Shown here piece after piece: positions 12,146 to 27,300 of a DNA stretch of 64,000 bases; the first letter of the stretch is position 1; the number at the start of each line of letters is the position of its first letter. The stretch comes from Trichoplax adhaerens (Eukaryota > Animalia > Placozoa): positions 146,197 through 210,196 of the forward strand of contig NW_002060970.1 in NCBI RefSeq assembly GCF_000150275.1. The letters run 5' to 3'. A program made the position numbers and the translations under genes. The notes beneath the pieces were generated by a model, which did not search any database, was not told the origin of the DNA, and saw nothing but the letters and a program-made list of their open reading frames with translations.

Positions 12146-13775
12146 ATGAGTAGGTTCTAGCTATTAAGTAATCGCTTTGTATTAAACTATTAAAAAGCCC
12201 TAAAGCTACTGCCAGCTGGATAATCATACAAAGCTTCTTCTGTCATGAAATAGAAGATAGAAAATTAGATGAGTTAAATAACAGTAGAGTGCTTTCATGA
12301 TTTCAGCTAGATGCTAATAGTTTTCATTTCTTTTGAAGCTGTCCATGCTGGAGGTTTGTGCAGGTAATCTATTCAATTACATTGTACAGTCCATTGCATT
12401 TAGAATTGCAACAATTGTAGTTTTCAGGTCGTTTTGTATTTGGTTGATAATAAAAAATAATCGTCTAAAAGCTTTGATTCAAGTTGATAACGACAAAATG
12501 GAGCCGACGCATACTTTTATTCTTAATTATCAATCCTTCAACGGGTTACTAAGTAACCATTCTGTGATACTTCAAATTTTTGAGACAAAACTAACAAAAG
12601 CGAGATAAGCACAAGTTTCATGGGAAGAATGTTACTGTCTAGCTCGCCTGTAGTAAGGTAATGACATGGTTGTTGAGCTATTTTACTGGCTATGATGGTA
12701 CTTCATGAATTTGAAAGGATCTATAGATCAATTATTCTTTCTTGAATGTCTTCACTTCGTAACGAAGTTTAATTAATATATTCTATACAATTTAATGTAG
12801 GAAAATCATCAGCTAAAGTGAATAAAGTTGATGAATTAACTTTTAATTTTTTTCTATTTTATCTCTCACTTTTTTACGAATCCCTTCATTCCAAAGTGCC
12901 GTAATAATACTTATACCTTATAGCAAAATACTCTAAAATAGACATTATTTTATCTCTGCAAGGCGCTCCTAATTCTAGGTGTAAAATGATGACAGTTGTG
13001 ATTTGTGTCCTTGTACTATTTGAAAATGAATTTATGGGAAGATTTAATTTGATTTTCTCTTAGGTACATCCGTTAATTAAATTTAATTTTAAGCCGAGTT
13101 AAGATTGAAGTGCAAAGATACTAGGGCTAATTGTTTGCTCCACTAAATTGAAAGATATCCTAAAATAGAAAATCACAGAATCGAAACTTGTTCTAGAAAT
13201 AAATTGAAAATATAAAATATCACTTGTTGAATGCTTGAAAGCACTCTTGCATCCATTAAACAACTATACAATTATCTATCAAATATCTTATACAACTAGA
13301 ATTGTAATAATATCATCAAAGCTGTAATATCATAGTGAATGTTAATGCTACCATTGATATATAGCGTAGATGCCATAGCAATTGATATTAGAAGACTGCA
13401 ATAAAGTTATAATCAGGATTATCACAATTGGTGTTGGTCAAATATTTTACATGTCAGGTTGTAATAACTTTAATTTTAAATGTCAACTCATTTGAGTTAT
13501 GCAAAGAATGCAATACAGGCAATAACTTACAGTTCGAAGCAGAAATGAGCCGGTGACAAGAACCAAGGTAAAATATAAATATCTGTATGTGTATTAGAAT
13601 TAGTATTAATTGTTAATCAATTTGGAATAGGCAATGCAAAGACATGAAAATATGCACGTAAAATTTTTTATGCCGGTCAATTGATGGCCTATAAACTTCT
13701 TTAAAGTAAAACCAGTATAATTCGAATACTTGATTATCGTGCGTAAATAGATTATTTTGAAGCTGAATTTGCTAA

Positions 13776-14326
13776 TGCTACGGTGTTGCCTTGTCATTAG
13801 GATAGTTTAATAAGTACAGTAGGAGCAAGTATGAAGAATATCCATATTTGTAGTGCTAGCTAAGATAAGTAATGCCTTAACGTGGATGTGGTTTGTAAAA
13901 TTTCATACATAATTGATATTGATTGTTATTGTGTGATAGATAGCAGTAAGATGATTCAAGTTCTAGTTGATGATAACTGAATTAGACAACCTACGAGCTT
14001 AGATTAAGATTAAGTATGAGTAAGAGATTCAAAATATTTACTGATAGAAAAGCTATGTAACGAATATCTCAGTTTGAGATGTTTCTTCTAGTAAGGTATA
14101 ATAATAATACTGTTGTTGTTTGCAAATTAGACGGTTCCTATATAAACGGGAACATTTGAGTTGAGTGGTATAGTAAAAAGTTGTAGATGTATCTTTGCTA
14201 ATAAAAGTTTTATCTTTACAGTATTTTGCTGTGTGTGTTAAACGTTAAGTAAAAGGAAGTTTAAGTCAGCAGCAACTTATAGACTTTTACTGTACGTTAC
14301 CTAGTCGCAGAAGTGAAATTGTGACA
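13776..14326 (+). mobile_element. Solo-LTR-like element, family A, 551 bp
   Basis: TG...CA termini, perfect 5-bp TSD GCTAA, TATATAAA (~14139) then AATAAA (~14200). Near-identical inverted copy at 17147-19514. Confidence 0.85.
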
Positions 14327-15318
14327 GCTAATGATTACTTTGTAACTTACCCAAAAGTGTAGGAAATTATAGCGATAGAAACGTCGAGTCATGATTTTTT
14401 TCAACTTTGTAAAATGTTGTAAGAAAATCAATATCAAGAACTTACTATTGCAGTAAACTAATTCTAGATGTATACGTGCATACATATATATATATATACT
14501 GTAATGTTGGAACTATGAATAGCCAAATGATTGCTTTTTGTCGCCTATTTACTCAAACAGGAGTTGCGTAAATCACAATACAGGCAACTGTGTGTTTAAT
14601 CAAAATATTTCTGAGATGAAGCACGTGATAATTACAATGCTTACATCTATAAATGTATAGAAGTAATTATAATATGTTAATTACTATTGATTAATTTTAA
14701 TTAAGCAAATAATTTACACTATAAATAAGAATAAAATTAAGAATAAACACCTTTCAGCCTTATAATACAAACGCATGAATGATTCATAATAAATAATACC
14801 AAAATAATGCATAATGTGCAGGATATTGTAAAACGATTGAAGCTTGGTAGTTTCAGTGATAAAGGCCATTTTGAAAGTACTATTCCGGTAATACACTTTT
14901 AATAAGATTTGAAGGAGTTGACCAAAGATGTTACTTAGTAACTATTTTCAAGCGGATCTAATAGAAAGTTTGTACTAATCCAATTTGATAATCATTCATA
15001 GAAGGTCTAATAATTAATTATATAATTATTATGCATGTAACTCAATTTTATGGCCGTGATAGTAGTTACTAACCATAAAATTTAGAAAGTTGCCTGTAAG
15101 AATTTATAATTTACAAGGAAAAAAATATTTTACTATTTTAATTTTAAATTAGAATACCTCGTAATTGTTACAAATTAAACACATAATATGATTTCATAGT
15201 TAATCTAATAATCTTTGATTTTACTATTGGAAATTAAAATTTCATAAGCTAACGATATTATTAAATCTTAATTGTAAAGAAAGGCATATGACATTATATC
15301 TAATAAAGATTATCTCAT

Positions 15319-15770
15319 TGTTACAAAACAGCATTGCAATAAGATAACGTAATCCACAATCAATCAGTCGATTCCCTGAACTACGTATCAGGGAGCAGTA
15401 TCTACTCTTTCAGGAACACTTTTCTTATACTAGTAGACTACAAAAAGACTTAGACGCCTCGTATCTTACGTTAAACACTAATCATAAGAGCCAACTTTAT
15501 TACACTATTTATCGCATTTATATACTCCTTTACAATAGCAAAGACATCCTAGTTAGTAATATTAACGTTGAAACCTGATAATGAATCAAAAGCAAATTTT
15601 ATCTACTGCTACCTAATGAAGCCAACAGTATTTACGAACATAGCCATCAAATGACTAGTACAAAATTATCAGCTTACAATATATTCTAAATTAGAAACTC
15701 TTCATATAAGGGTAAATCAACAAAATTATCCCAACGTAGATAATTCTACTGTAATCTCGATATTACCGTG
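15319..15770 (-). mobile_element. Diverged or truncated solo-LTR-like element related to family B
   Basis: Starts tgttacaaaacagcattgcaataagataacg... and aligns by eye with 43869 onward, including cttagacgcctcgtatcttacgttaaacactaa. The far terminus and TSD are not clear. Confidence 0.65.
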
Positions 15771-17452
15771 TGTAAATAATAAACAATAATATTTAGCCGT
15801 TTATATTACGTATTGCTTTGCTCCAAATAGCAAACTTTGTCAACATCGCCCATTTCGTAAAGAAAGAAGGCTTAGAAACAAATGGGTAAATTATCTTGTA
15901 AACTAGTCTTGTAGCTGTTATAGGGTAATTTTAATAAGTAAAATTAATTATCCTATAAAGTTGGTCAAATAATTTAAAGTTTCTTAGTCGTTATACCCGA
16001 TGTAGACTAAATGGATATTTCATTGCGAATGAAATATATGATTGTAACGATTCCTTTACGAATGGAATAGCATTCTCCTATTTTAATTGCATTAGTAAAA
16101 GCCATGCAAGGGTGTTTGATTTTACTCTTAGATATTTACAGCTTGCAGTTACAATAACATTATATTCCGATCAGAATCTAATCCTAAAAATGATGAATCA
16201 GCTTATAAATTAAATACATCATTATAATTTAAAAATTGGTAACAATACCAAAATATCTTGATGAATAATATCACGGTAGTTACTAGAGTTTAAAAAGCTA
16301 TATTTAAGTTGGATTGATTTTATTTTTATTACATATACCAAATTCCATAAGTTAATATTAAATTTGAGGAGTAATTCTAATTAGATCCGAGAATAATCAA
16401 ATGTAAAATTTCACTTTACTTGTACCCGTATACTGTACTTGCTTTACAGTTAACGTATCTACGTGTAAGTGTTGTGTTTAAAGGAATATTCTTTCTTGTT
16501 TTTGAAATATGAGGGTGTAATCTATGCATGAAAATAATAAGACAGCCTATATACGTGCATATTATTGTAATCAACCTAATTTGCCAATTAATATGCTTTC
16601 ACTGCTATCATCAGGTGAATATGTCACGCTGAAATTGTCAATCAAAATTATTTCAAATCATAACTTACCTATGGTAATAATAAAGTACAGCAACAAAGTA
16701 TCATTGTTTTGTTTGTGCTAAATTTCTGCAGTAACTTTCAAATTTACCTTAATATTGTACTAACGTTAGCATAATAAATGTAGCTTCTTAATTAATTATG
16801 TCTACTATAATTGTAGCATGATTAACGGCAACCGTATCTCTTCATGATATCGATTATATTTTAGTAATTTGAGTAATAGGTCTGTCTGTTGGGGCAGGAG
16901 ACTATATGATAAATGTAATATAGCTTTAAGTATAATATTTATCTTTAAAGTTTATTTGCACACAAAATTGTATAATTTAAATCCAGTACACGTATAACTA
17001 TAAGCACGTGATATCAATGGAATGGTATGTATATCGGTTGCGATTATCGCCCAGCTGTTAATTAATTGCTGAAATAATCCTTAGTGAATAGGGCTATCAA
17101 GACCGAGGTTGTGATATGAGGAGAAAATATAAAATAGGTATCCTTCTGTCACAATTTCACTTCTGCGACTAGGTAACGTACAGTAAAAGTCTATAAGTAG
17201 CTGCTGACTTAAACTTCCTTTTACTTAACGTTAAACACATACAGCAAAATACTGTAAAGATGAAACTTTTATTAGCAAAGATACATCTACAACTTTTTAC
17301 CACATCACTCAACTCGAATGTTCCCGTTTATATAGGAACCGTCTAATTTGTAAACAACAACAGTATTATTATACCTTACTAGAAGAAACATCTCAAACTG
17401 AGATATTCATTACATAGTTTTTCTATCAGTAAATATTTTGAATCTCTTACTC

Positions 17453-17870
17453 TGTTGTGACTCAGTTTGATCTTTACGAATTTACGGAAGCGCGCGGAAT
17501 TTCTGCTGAGCCAACTACAAATAAATTTCTTTTCTTTTCTATCGGTGGTTGAAATCGACCTTTATTAACTACAACTAACCAACTTACTAAGTCACACTCG
17601 AACCGACTCCCCAAGATAGTAAAAGCGCCTCATTTATATACTCTAACATTGGCATGAATATGCATAACCTCTCTAACATTGCGATAACATTCTTGAGATA
17701 TCATTTTTCAGTATAACACTATTGACTAATAAACATACTTGTACTGTACAACATTAATTTATCATTTACCGGTACAGCAATACAAGATAACGGTAACAAC
17801 TATGCATAGTTAAGGATATTAATCCTTAAGAACAATATTATCTAGCGATGCTAGTCTAGCAGTCGCGACA
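17453..17870 (-). mobile_element. Nested solo-LTR-like insertion 1, 418 bp
   Basis: Termini TGTTGTGACT...AGTCGCGACA, TSD TACTC/TACAC (one mismatch). Absent from the homologous site in copy 13776-14326. Confidence 0.8.
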
Positions 17871-17910
17871 TACACATACTTAATCTTAATCTAAGCTCGT
17901 AGGTTGTCTA

Positions 17911-19302
17911 TGTAATGAAATGAAAAGTGTAGAGATCAAGCTACAAAACTTCAACAAACTTTGATTCTACTTTCGTTCCACTCCGGTCGACTTAGCAAAA
18001 CTTTGACACCAAATAAAATTTGGGGAAATAACCGAACAACAATTTATTACAAAACAAACATGGAGAGAAGTATGAACCGAACAACCTTACAAATACTTAG
18101 CTTTAAGTATTATTAATATAAATGACAGACTTAAAAACTGCCAACGAACAAACAACCTTTCAAAAAGAAGAACGTTTTAACTTACGACAATTCGACCCCG
18201 AAGGCCTTTCAAATTCAACAAGTTCTTCAAATAAAATCTTCTTCTACTCTCTCTCTAAATTTTCTAATTGCACTATCATTTATAGGCTTCGTAGAGCCGT
18301 CTGAGGTATTTCAAACTAAACATTTGCTAACCAATCGCTCTTAAGATCCGTTTTAGAAAACTACTTTGCACCATTTAAGAAAACAAAAAATTATTCAAAG
18401 TTCAGACACAATTTAACCTACGATTCCCTTACAAAACACTATAAAACTAACAAGCTAACTATAAAAATACATCAAACTTCATTTCTAACATAATTTCTAT
18501 CATTAATACACTATAAAAGTCTAAAAATCAACCTTTAAACATCAAGATTTAGTCATAAAATCAACGTTCTAACTACATAGCAATCAACACAACCTCTGCC
18601 AATTTCCATCTTATTTTCTATTTTCCTCACTAAATCTCCTAATGTGACTTCAAGTCACGTCATAAAATTCCAAAGTTTCAAATTCATAACAAAATGTCCA
18701 AATCTCAAAAATCAACTCTTACGATATTTTTCACGAATAAAAGTCCAAAAATTAAAACAGAAAATTATAATTAGGACATAAATTAAAACAGGAAAATTAT
18801 ATCGGACATAAATCAGACCGGTTCCGAAATCCGAATCCGAAAAATTCGGTTTTTATAAAGATCACAGTAATCGCTTATCAAAAAAATTTATATGACTATC
18901 ACGACTACTTTTCTGACATTAGTATGGCTGAGTATTGACAGTTGATGTTTTAGCGTCAGATTGTACGGTAACTGTACGATTATAGACTACATTACAGTAC
19001 TTTATCGTCATGTTATAAATCCCCTTTCTCTAAGGATAGGGTTTTGCTACAAAGTCAAATTCCTTTACAATTTGAATAGACGATCAAACGCCCTTTCTTT
19101 AGATTAGGCAATTGCTCTCGGGCTATTTCTATATTAATCTATATAATACCTTGTAAAATAATGAAGAAGAAAAGATGGCGACATGATGATTTGGCAGGGT
19201 AAAACTTAAAGACACTATCGCTTTCTAGGTATTTTCTATAGTAAAATAGTACTAGTTACATACTAAAAGCTATAAAGGACTCTACTTTTAGTCCTTTACT
19301 AC
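17911..19302 (-). mobile_element. Nested insertion 2, ~1.39 kb, LTR-like, non-coding
   Basis: Flanked by duplicated GTCTA; starts TGTAATG and ends ...TTTACTAC. Absent from the empty site in the other copy. Internal ~30-bp direct repeat at ~18750-18812. Confidence 0.75.
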
Positions 19303-21368
19303 GTCTAATTCAATTATCATCAACTAGACCTTGAATCATCTTGCTGCTATCTATCACACAATAACAATCAATATCAATTATGTATGAACTTTTACAAACC
19401 ACATCCACGTTAAGGCATTAGTTATCTTAGCTAGCTTTACAAATATGGATATTCTCCATACTAGCTACTACTGTACTTATTAAACTATCCTAATGACACT
19501 GTAACACCGTAACACCTTCTCCATCGTCGATCCAGTAAATCTATATCGTATCTTAATATTAAGTAGGATTTACCTACAAATATTATTTCTGTACTGATAT
19601 AATCATAGAACATAGGGGATACGCGTATTTTATAGTGTGCCTAACTATAGGATATTTTAGCTCAATTCAGTACTACTCAACCACTTTTTCTTTCTTCATT
19701 CATTATTATTAATGTATCGATGCAAAAAGATATGATTCTTTTACTTGATTAAATAACAAAAACTCTACGCCTTGAGTTTGCTATCGTCACTACGATGATA
19801 AATATTATAATACTTTACGTCTCAAGCATCCCTAGATGGCTGTTACAATTCAGTCTTTGTGGCATGGAAACGCAAAATAAAAGTCTTTACGTAGCTCGCT
19901 GGCATGAACGTCTTTTACCTCTCAAATAGGTGCTCAACTAAAGGTAGTAACAACAAGGCTTTCATGAGCACTTTTTTAATTGCTCGAACGATTAATATCT
20001 ATATAGTAACCATCTTGCTTGTAAATAACTCTAATCCAATTATTAAGCTTTACCAAAGTATGTTTCTTCGAATACATTATCCCAACATAGCTGTTGTATT
20101 AGTAAACAATCTTAACATACTGCTCATACGTAATCCTAATTCAAGCAAGAATGCTGTCTAATTCAACTACCCTGGACCAGGATTTAATCATCTTATTACT
20201 TTCTAAACATAAAATAATCGATATCTAATATATAAGTTCAGATCTTAAATTTTGATTATAATAATTGGTAGAAGCCAGCTCGCTATCATTCACATAGTGT
20301 GTGCATTTGTAATTTTTACTTTACATGATTTGCGAGAAGGCATTAACTATCACGTCTAGACTTACAATTATAGACTTTGCTATTTCATCTTCGACTACAA
20401 AACTACTCGACGGGTAAGACAGTACCTTAGCACCAAATCGCAATTCTATATCATTGTAATAGCAACGCAGAATTTGTCTATTGCGGATACGTTGTGTAGC
20501 TGTATCTCATCTCCTAAATTATATAGTTGAAACCATAGATCAACTCCGGTTACTTGATGCTTCTAATTTTACTAATGCACTCTTTTAAACAAATAAAATT
20601 TCTTATCAATGTATTCAAGTCGCTTATGATTATATAAATCAATTAGTAAATTTTCCAGATTCGCAAATGATTAGCTTATAAAATTCCACGAATGACGCTA
20701 TGATCGATAATAATAGACGAAATCAAAAAGTCCCACTTAATGGAAACCTTGCTATATCACCGCTAGCAACAGAAGTACATATATGCACATGTTTGAACCC
20801 TAATTGAAAATTCTATCAATCTGCACACAATAGCTCTTTGTCTCATATTTATTGTTATCTTTCTGTTCCGCAAATATTTGCGTATTTTTAAACTGTTACG
20901 ACTTAATCCTGAATTTTAGGTTCAAATGACAAAAAAGGCACTAATTATGGATATATATATAACAACTATTGGGTGCCTTATGTTACAAAATCAACTCCAG
21001 CAATACACAAAAATTAAAAATTAATCACCATTACTTCTTTTCAAGGGCAAATGGCAGCTATTTTCTACACAATAAATTGCTTATTCGTAATCGGTTACCA
21101 TAAGTGTTATAGGTATGAAATCGAAATCAAAGTTGCCTATTGCTTAAAGCGGACATTAATATTTTGTATATAATAGTAAATTTATTAACAGAACCAAAAG
21201 CCGCTACACAGTAGCGTGTAGTGATATATTTAATGTGGATAATTTCAGAATAACTGAATAGATTTTCGAAAAGTAGTAAAAATGAAAGTTGGTATCATTG
21301 CCTTAAGAAATTAAGCCGGGATGAAAATTTAGATTAAAATACATACTTATACATTGTTATATTAGCAA

Positions 21369-24300
21369 TTAAATGTTATTAAAAATTGATAGTCGCAATG
21401 TATCTATAGTAGCTAGCACTTTATTTGTGTCTGATACTTTGTCTAAAAGAATGCCTAAGTGATTTTCTAGGCACATATGAACCTATAATATGGGAAAATA
21501 GACAGCAGTTATTCAAATAGTCAAAACGAAAAAATATGTAAGTATATATATAAACCTTAGTAGCTGACACTCCACGTCTAAAATGCTTACTTGTATCGAA
21601 CTTTGATCCACTAACTTGATTCTGACTGTCTTCATCCATATCTCTCCGTCGAAAAGATCGCTAAAGATGATACAAGATTGTAACAGTTACTTAACTGTTG
21701 AAATATCTTAGTAAAGAGTCAGAATATTGCTACATACAGCTGTTGACTTAGGCTACATTGCGTATTCAAATTAAATATCAATGAATATCCGGTTATTTAG
21801 CATTATAGCTAACGTAATTACCATAATTCCGTACTTCTGACAAACCATATAACTGACATACGGACAGTTTAGTTACAAATAATAGAAGTCATTGCTTGCC
21901 AATATTAGATATGTTCGCTACTGATAACAACTTATTAAGTATTGCATGTGGACTGGTATGAGTTATGTATCCTAGATGTGAACTGCATAATACTATACCG
22001 GGTTAGACATTGATGGAAAAAGTAATTATATCTTAGCTCTGCTATTCTCGAAAACGGCAGTAAAGTTTTTTATTTTATTTTCTGTAGATTTAAAATTATT
22101 TTCGGAGAATTTAATTTAATTTCTTTTAGATTATATATTACAGTTAAATAGGTTTATAAAAGTATATGGAGTGTACCCGTACCAAATAAGTTTTGCCTTT
22201 TCTGTTGCTAATGGTGGATGTAACTACAAACTTTCGTCTCATGGTTGAAGATAAGGCGTGTCTAACCTAAGGTTAGTTTACAAATTCGTAAGAAACGAAA
22301 TGAAATTCAGTAACGAAGGGAATGAAGCAGAAAACTAGATATAAAATATGATTTATATTGTCGTACGCACTCTACATAAATCTGCAAGATTTTCGCAGAC
22401 TATGTTTAATACAGTATTCCGCCATACGCACATTTACGAATACGCAATTTATGATTGTATTCTAACCTCCGAATTTAGTAGGCAATGAAACAGAAGGATG
22501 AAAAGGCCCTAATTAGAAAATAAATTTTTAATATTAACGAATCAATGCTCATCCGATGGACTTGAAAGACTTTCGCTGTCCAGTAATTCTGGTATTCTAA
22601 CTACAGAAAAATTTGTAGGCCGGAACCACTATTTGTTGAGCGATTAATGCTTTAATTATATGTGTTTATAATTTCTAAATACGTAGTGCTTTTGAATTAT
22701 TTCTATTCTGTTGCAGCAGCTTAAGATGCTTTCAAATGACATACTATCTTAAAATGAATATAGACCTGTATGTAACCCATATTCACCTGAAAACTATTGA
22801 ATATAACAAATAAGTATGCAAAGATAATGGTTTCTTCTGTCAGCGGTATCAAACCAAAGACCCATGTCAAACCAAGAATGGGCAATAAAATTGCGGTAGC
22901 TTTTACAATTGATCTTTGAAAGAAATTAGAATAAACTAGTTATCTAACTTAATGATTGAATTTGCCTGGCAAGTACTTCACAGTCAAATTATATTAAAGC
23001 AAAAAAAGCACTTATAAAAGATCTACTCTTACTTGACTTTTAGTAGAGTGGTGTTTTTTGTCACATTTTCGCCAGCAACGGATCCACTTTTAGCAACTGA
23101 TATTTGTATCACCGCTACCATGATGACTGCATTCGCCTTTTGAAGATTAGAAATAAGATAATTGATTCATACCTTATGGTAGTCTAACGTCTGATCCAAA
23201 GGAAATTACTGTTTTACGAATACTAAAAGTCTTAGTAATATTGAACAATACTACAATGTCTTAAATTCAGTTAGCTTCACTAACCGCTAATACTCCAATG
23301 ATTGGGCCAAGGAAAGACCAGATCATGCCATCTGCGTAGGAAAGCCAACACCTATTACATACGTATAAATGCAATCAATTGGTTGGATGCAAAGTGCGAT
23401 TATCATTACTTTACGATATGTACGTGCAAGACGCAATAAAATGAGGGTCATGTTAGTTTATTTGCTAGGGTATCCAAAAGAAGTATGAATTCATTGAGCT
23501 GACTATATTAATATAGTACAGTATGGTATCTATGATTTATATGCAAAATTTACCCTTGAATAAAACTTACCTAGCGTCTTTGCCGTAGCCATCCCATCTT
23601 ATAATTGCAGTTGAAGTAACAATAACACATGGTATACCTGAATTAAGAAGTGTCTGAGGATGAATTTTAGGCACTAATATGTATATATATATACGTGTAT
23701 CTGAATATTAATGAGCATATCTTTATCTTAAATAAATGAATTATTTATCAATCTGATACAAAATTTTAGTTCAACATACCCCATCCAATACACAGGTATA
23801 GCTTAATTTTACTTTTGTGATTAAAGACAGCAATGATAACAAAGTACAAGTGCAATCCCTCGACAAACATCCAAGTAAATGACGCCAAGTAAGAAAGATG
23901 TAGCAAGAGAGCTGATATCTTGCATAATATCTAGATCGTAGTATCATTAAGGATAAAGTGGTTAATTATAACAGAAGAACAATAACTAAGTTGAATTACT
24001 TCGCAAATTTTGATACACGGTTATTATGATATGATATCAATTCTATCAATTCAGCTTTAAACAAACTATTATCAGAGTAAACTTATTATATCTATAATTA
24101 GATACTACCTCTGTACGTGTATTCCTTTAAAACTACAAGCATTTGATAATATTTTTAAGAAAGTCAGAAATATATTATATTGAAAGATATTGAATTCTCT
24201 ACATAACTTTTATGGTATTAGCAAGTATAAAGTCAAACCTTGATTTCTGCGGCGTTCATCGTTATGATTAACATTATTTGAGCGAGTATTAGCGCAAGAA

Positions 24301-27300
24301 TAAAATTTTTATGAACGAAAAATCGTTCAGTATTAAGCCTGAAAGCGTGCCATAAGCGAATAATTAGCGGTAGAAAAATGATTCATAAATATGCAAGTCC
24401 ATACGTTATACCTTTCCTATAAGACTGTAAATTGCATTTTCAGTTATCTGAATTAAAAGTAATATTACTTCCTCATGTACCTTAAAAATGTATAACAAAA
24501 AATTGTGATTGCCATGGATATAATGGAGAATCCAATTCCAATGTATGTTATGAACTGTAAAATCTCCAGGTCCCGATCAAATTTTGTTAAATTCACCTTC
24601 AAAAGAATCAAGAAATTCAATACATATAGGAATGTGGTACTAAAGTTTAGACTGATAGAGATGACGTTCATAACGTATAAAGAGAAACTGTAGGCAAATT
24701 TGCAAATGTAAGATATAAATCAGACATTAAACATAAAATTTCTAAATACCTCTGTTATTTGCAACATAATGGCAAAATGTGTTAAGTGATTACAGGAACA
24801 AACGGTATAAGTCTCAGATTGATTCACGATCAAACAGCCATTTTTCGACCATTTCCTATTTGCATTTCAAAAAAAACAATATTTAAACCGATTTGAGCAT
24901 TTCTATACACAGATTTGGTATCAACCAGCAAATTCTGAAGCCATTGCATTAACATTTAAGCACGCTAAAGTAATCAATGTGTACGTATTTATTAGTATTT
25001 ACCAAAAATGCAATCATAAGGTTAATACAATAGGGAAAAATAAAACTAGATCGAAAGTAAATCGCTCCTTTGCAAAGCATTCGGGTGACTACAGTAAATA
25101 CTGTTTTAATAGAATACCTAAGCGTAGTATTCCAAAATACGCAAGTGGTTTTAAGCTTTTTGCCTTTAGGTTCATAATCATAACGATAAATGAAAGGTCT
25201 TTTGTATCCGTGAAAAGCCGATTTGGGATAGACGGTGCAAGATACGATAGAAGACAAGTTGGTTCTTGAATCACTAAAGAAAAATAGTTATGTATCTTAT
25301 TAGGCGTAATTAGGTATTTAATTACTACAATAAACACCATATCAAGTAACCTATACGTTTTTTTTATTCTTATTTATTGTGTTACAGTATAATTACTTGA
25401 AATATCCAAATATTTCATTAGGAGCTTTTAGAACGCCAACACTGACACTGACAATTGCACCTAAAAATTACGATCACATACTTTAAGCTTAGCAATAACG
25501 CCTCATTTTTGTTGATCTAAAACTATCGCTTTCGCATTACCAATACTTTAGGCGTAATAAGAATTGAAAGCAACTAATTTACATCTATCCTAAAAGTTTC
25601 CATTGCTACTAATTATATTGAATATTCCTATTAATTATCATTACCTGGATCAAGTGATTCTCTAGAAATATAAACTGATACCGAACGTTCACTACCCTGA
25701 TTAATTGGAAAAGATGCATAATAGTCGTCTACAGTATGGTTGGTATTGTTGACATCGCCAACTACGTAAGCTGTTGCAATCAAAATAGTTAAGGAATTAC
25801 CATAAGATTACACTCTTGGACGCTAGCGAAAAACACTTGTAATTAAGCGTTATCTTGAGATATTATATGGTACATGATAATGTAGCTTCAAATCCTTACC
25901 AGTTTTGCTGTTAGTAACATTAATTTTATCTCCATTATTTAATGTAGGCGATAACTTGTCACCTAATTTATCCATGGAGACAACAGATTGAGTCGCCAGT
26001 GCTCCATGAGTGTGACCATTCTGCAATGATTTATTGTTGCATTATTATTTTTGAAAGCAATTTGTCATAATAGCGATATTTCGCTCTCCTCTATTTCCGT
26101 AAAGCTGTTATTACTGTATCAAGCTCCAACATACCGAATGGCCGGCGGCATAAGCGGATACTTTGTCAAATCGGTCAATGTAAGCCTGTCATTAGAGAAA
26201 GGCGTTAATAATTAAGATAATTTACAGGACCATTGCGGTCATACTTTTCATTAATAATAATGGCTGCAATCGTTGAGGAAAATGCATTTATTTTTATAAC
26301 TGAAACGATTAAAAATTGGCGACCATTCTAGCTATTGGACGAAAATCTGCAATTGTTATTCATACTGACTTCATAGCAAAACAACAGTAAATTTTGCAGT
26401 AAAGATAAGACGTAGTAAGCGGTCAGTAGTTTGAGCAACATTGATACTTACTGAGGCAAATTGAGTTTTATCACGATGACTGGCATTCTTTAAGATGGCT
26501 TCCACAACGAGCGATTGCATTTGATAATATTGTATCATAGGATCTGAATAACCTTGTGCAGAATTACCTAAAGCCAGTGGTATATGTAATATTGTGGTCA
26601 CATTCTGTACTGGTTTAGTATTGGGAACCTAGCGATTGATATTTCATGTCGAGTTAGTTTATAGACCGGTATATCAGGTCAAATTGTTTCTAATGCACAA
26701 GAGTACATAAATGTCAATAGCAAACCGGGTTTTGGAAAGGTACTTTCGTCGTTGCTGAACCTGTAGCACTACTTGTACTTGCTGCTGCTATATCAGAAGA
26801 AATGGAATGATTGCGATTTAAATAAGCATGACTTGCGATTTCCTATCGATATTTTTACACTATCATTATGACACAGTCTACAATAGGTACTGCGGGTAGC
26901 CTTCAAATCATTTTATGAGGTATGCAGTACACTGTCGCTACCGAAGAGCTTAACATATCATTTATGCTGACGTTGCAATACAACTTTATGCGCATATAAA
27001 CCGATCAACTTCCAAATGGAAATTCTAATCAAGTTTTAGTTGATAAATGTAATTTAATCAGATGAAGAAGTTTTAATATCCGATTATAAATTTGGGTTTG
27101 GCAGATATTCGTAGAACTGGCTATCATGATGAGCTAATGTATGTTAATACACAGCTTTCATTAGTACGCATACCGCTAGTGGTGGCCATTGGAGTAGTCA
27201 CTGGCGCGTTAGTGGAGGGGATACTTGTGCTTGATGGTGCAGTATTGGAGCTAGTTACAGTAGTCATGGCTGTAGATGGCGTTGTCGATGGTGCTGTAGT

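Larger units (their letters stand above)
17147..19514 (-). mobile_element. Solo-LTR-like element, family A, interrupted by two nested insertions
   Basis: Reverse complement of 13776-14326 in three pieces (17147-17452, ~17876-17910, 19308-19514). TG...CA termini and TSD CCTTC. Confidence 0.85.

Noticed and set aside
13360-13440. Hydrophobic minus-strand stretch resembling a signal peptide for gene 1
   Set aside because: In-frame stops upstream and no start codon or clear donor.
13776-19514. Single large DNA transposon with 550-bp terminal inverted repeats
   Set aside because: Each copy has its own distinct 5-bp TSD, and no transposase lies between them.
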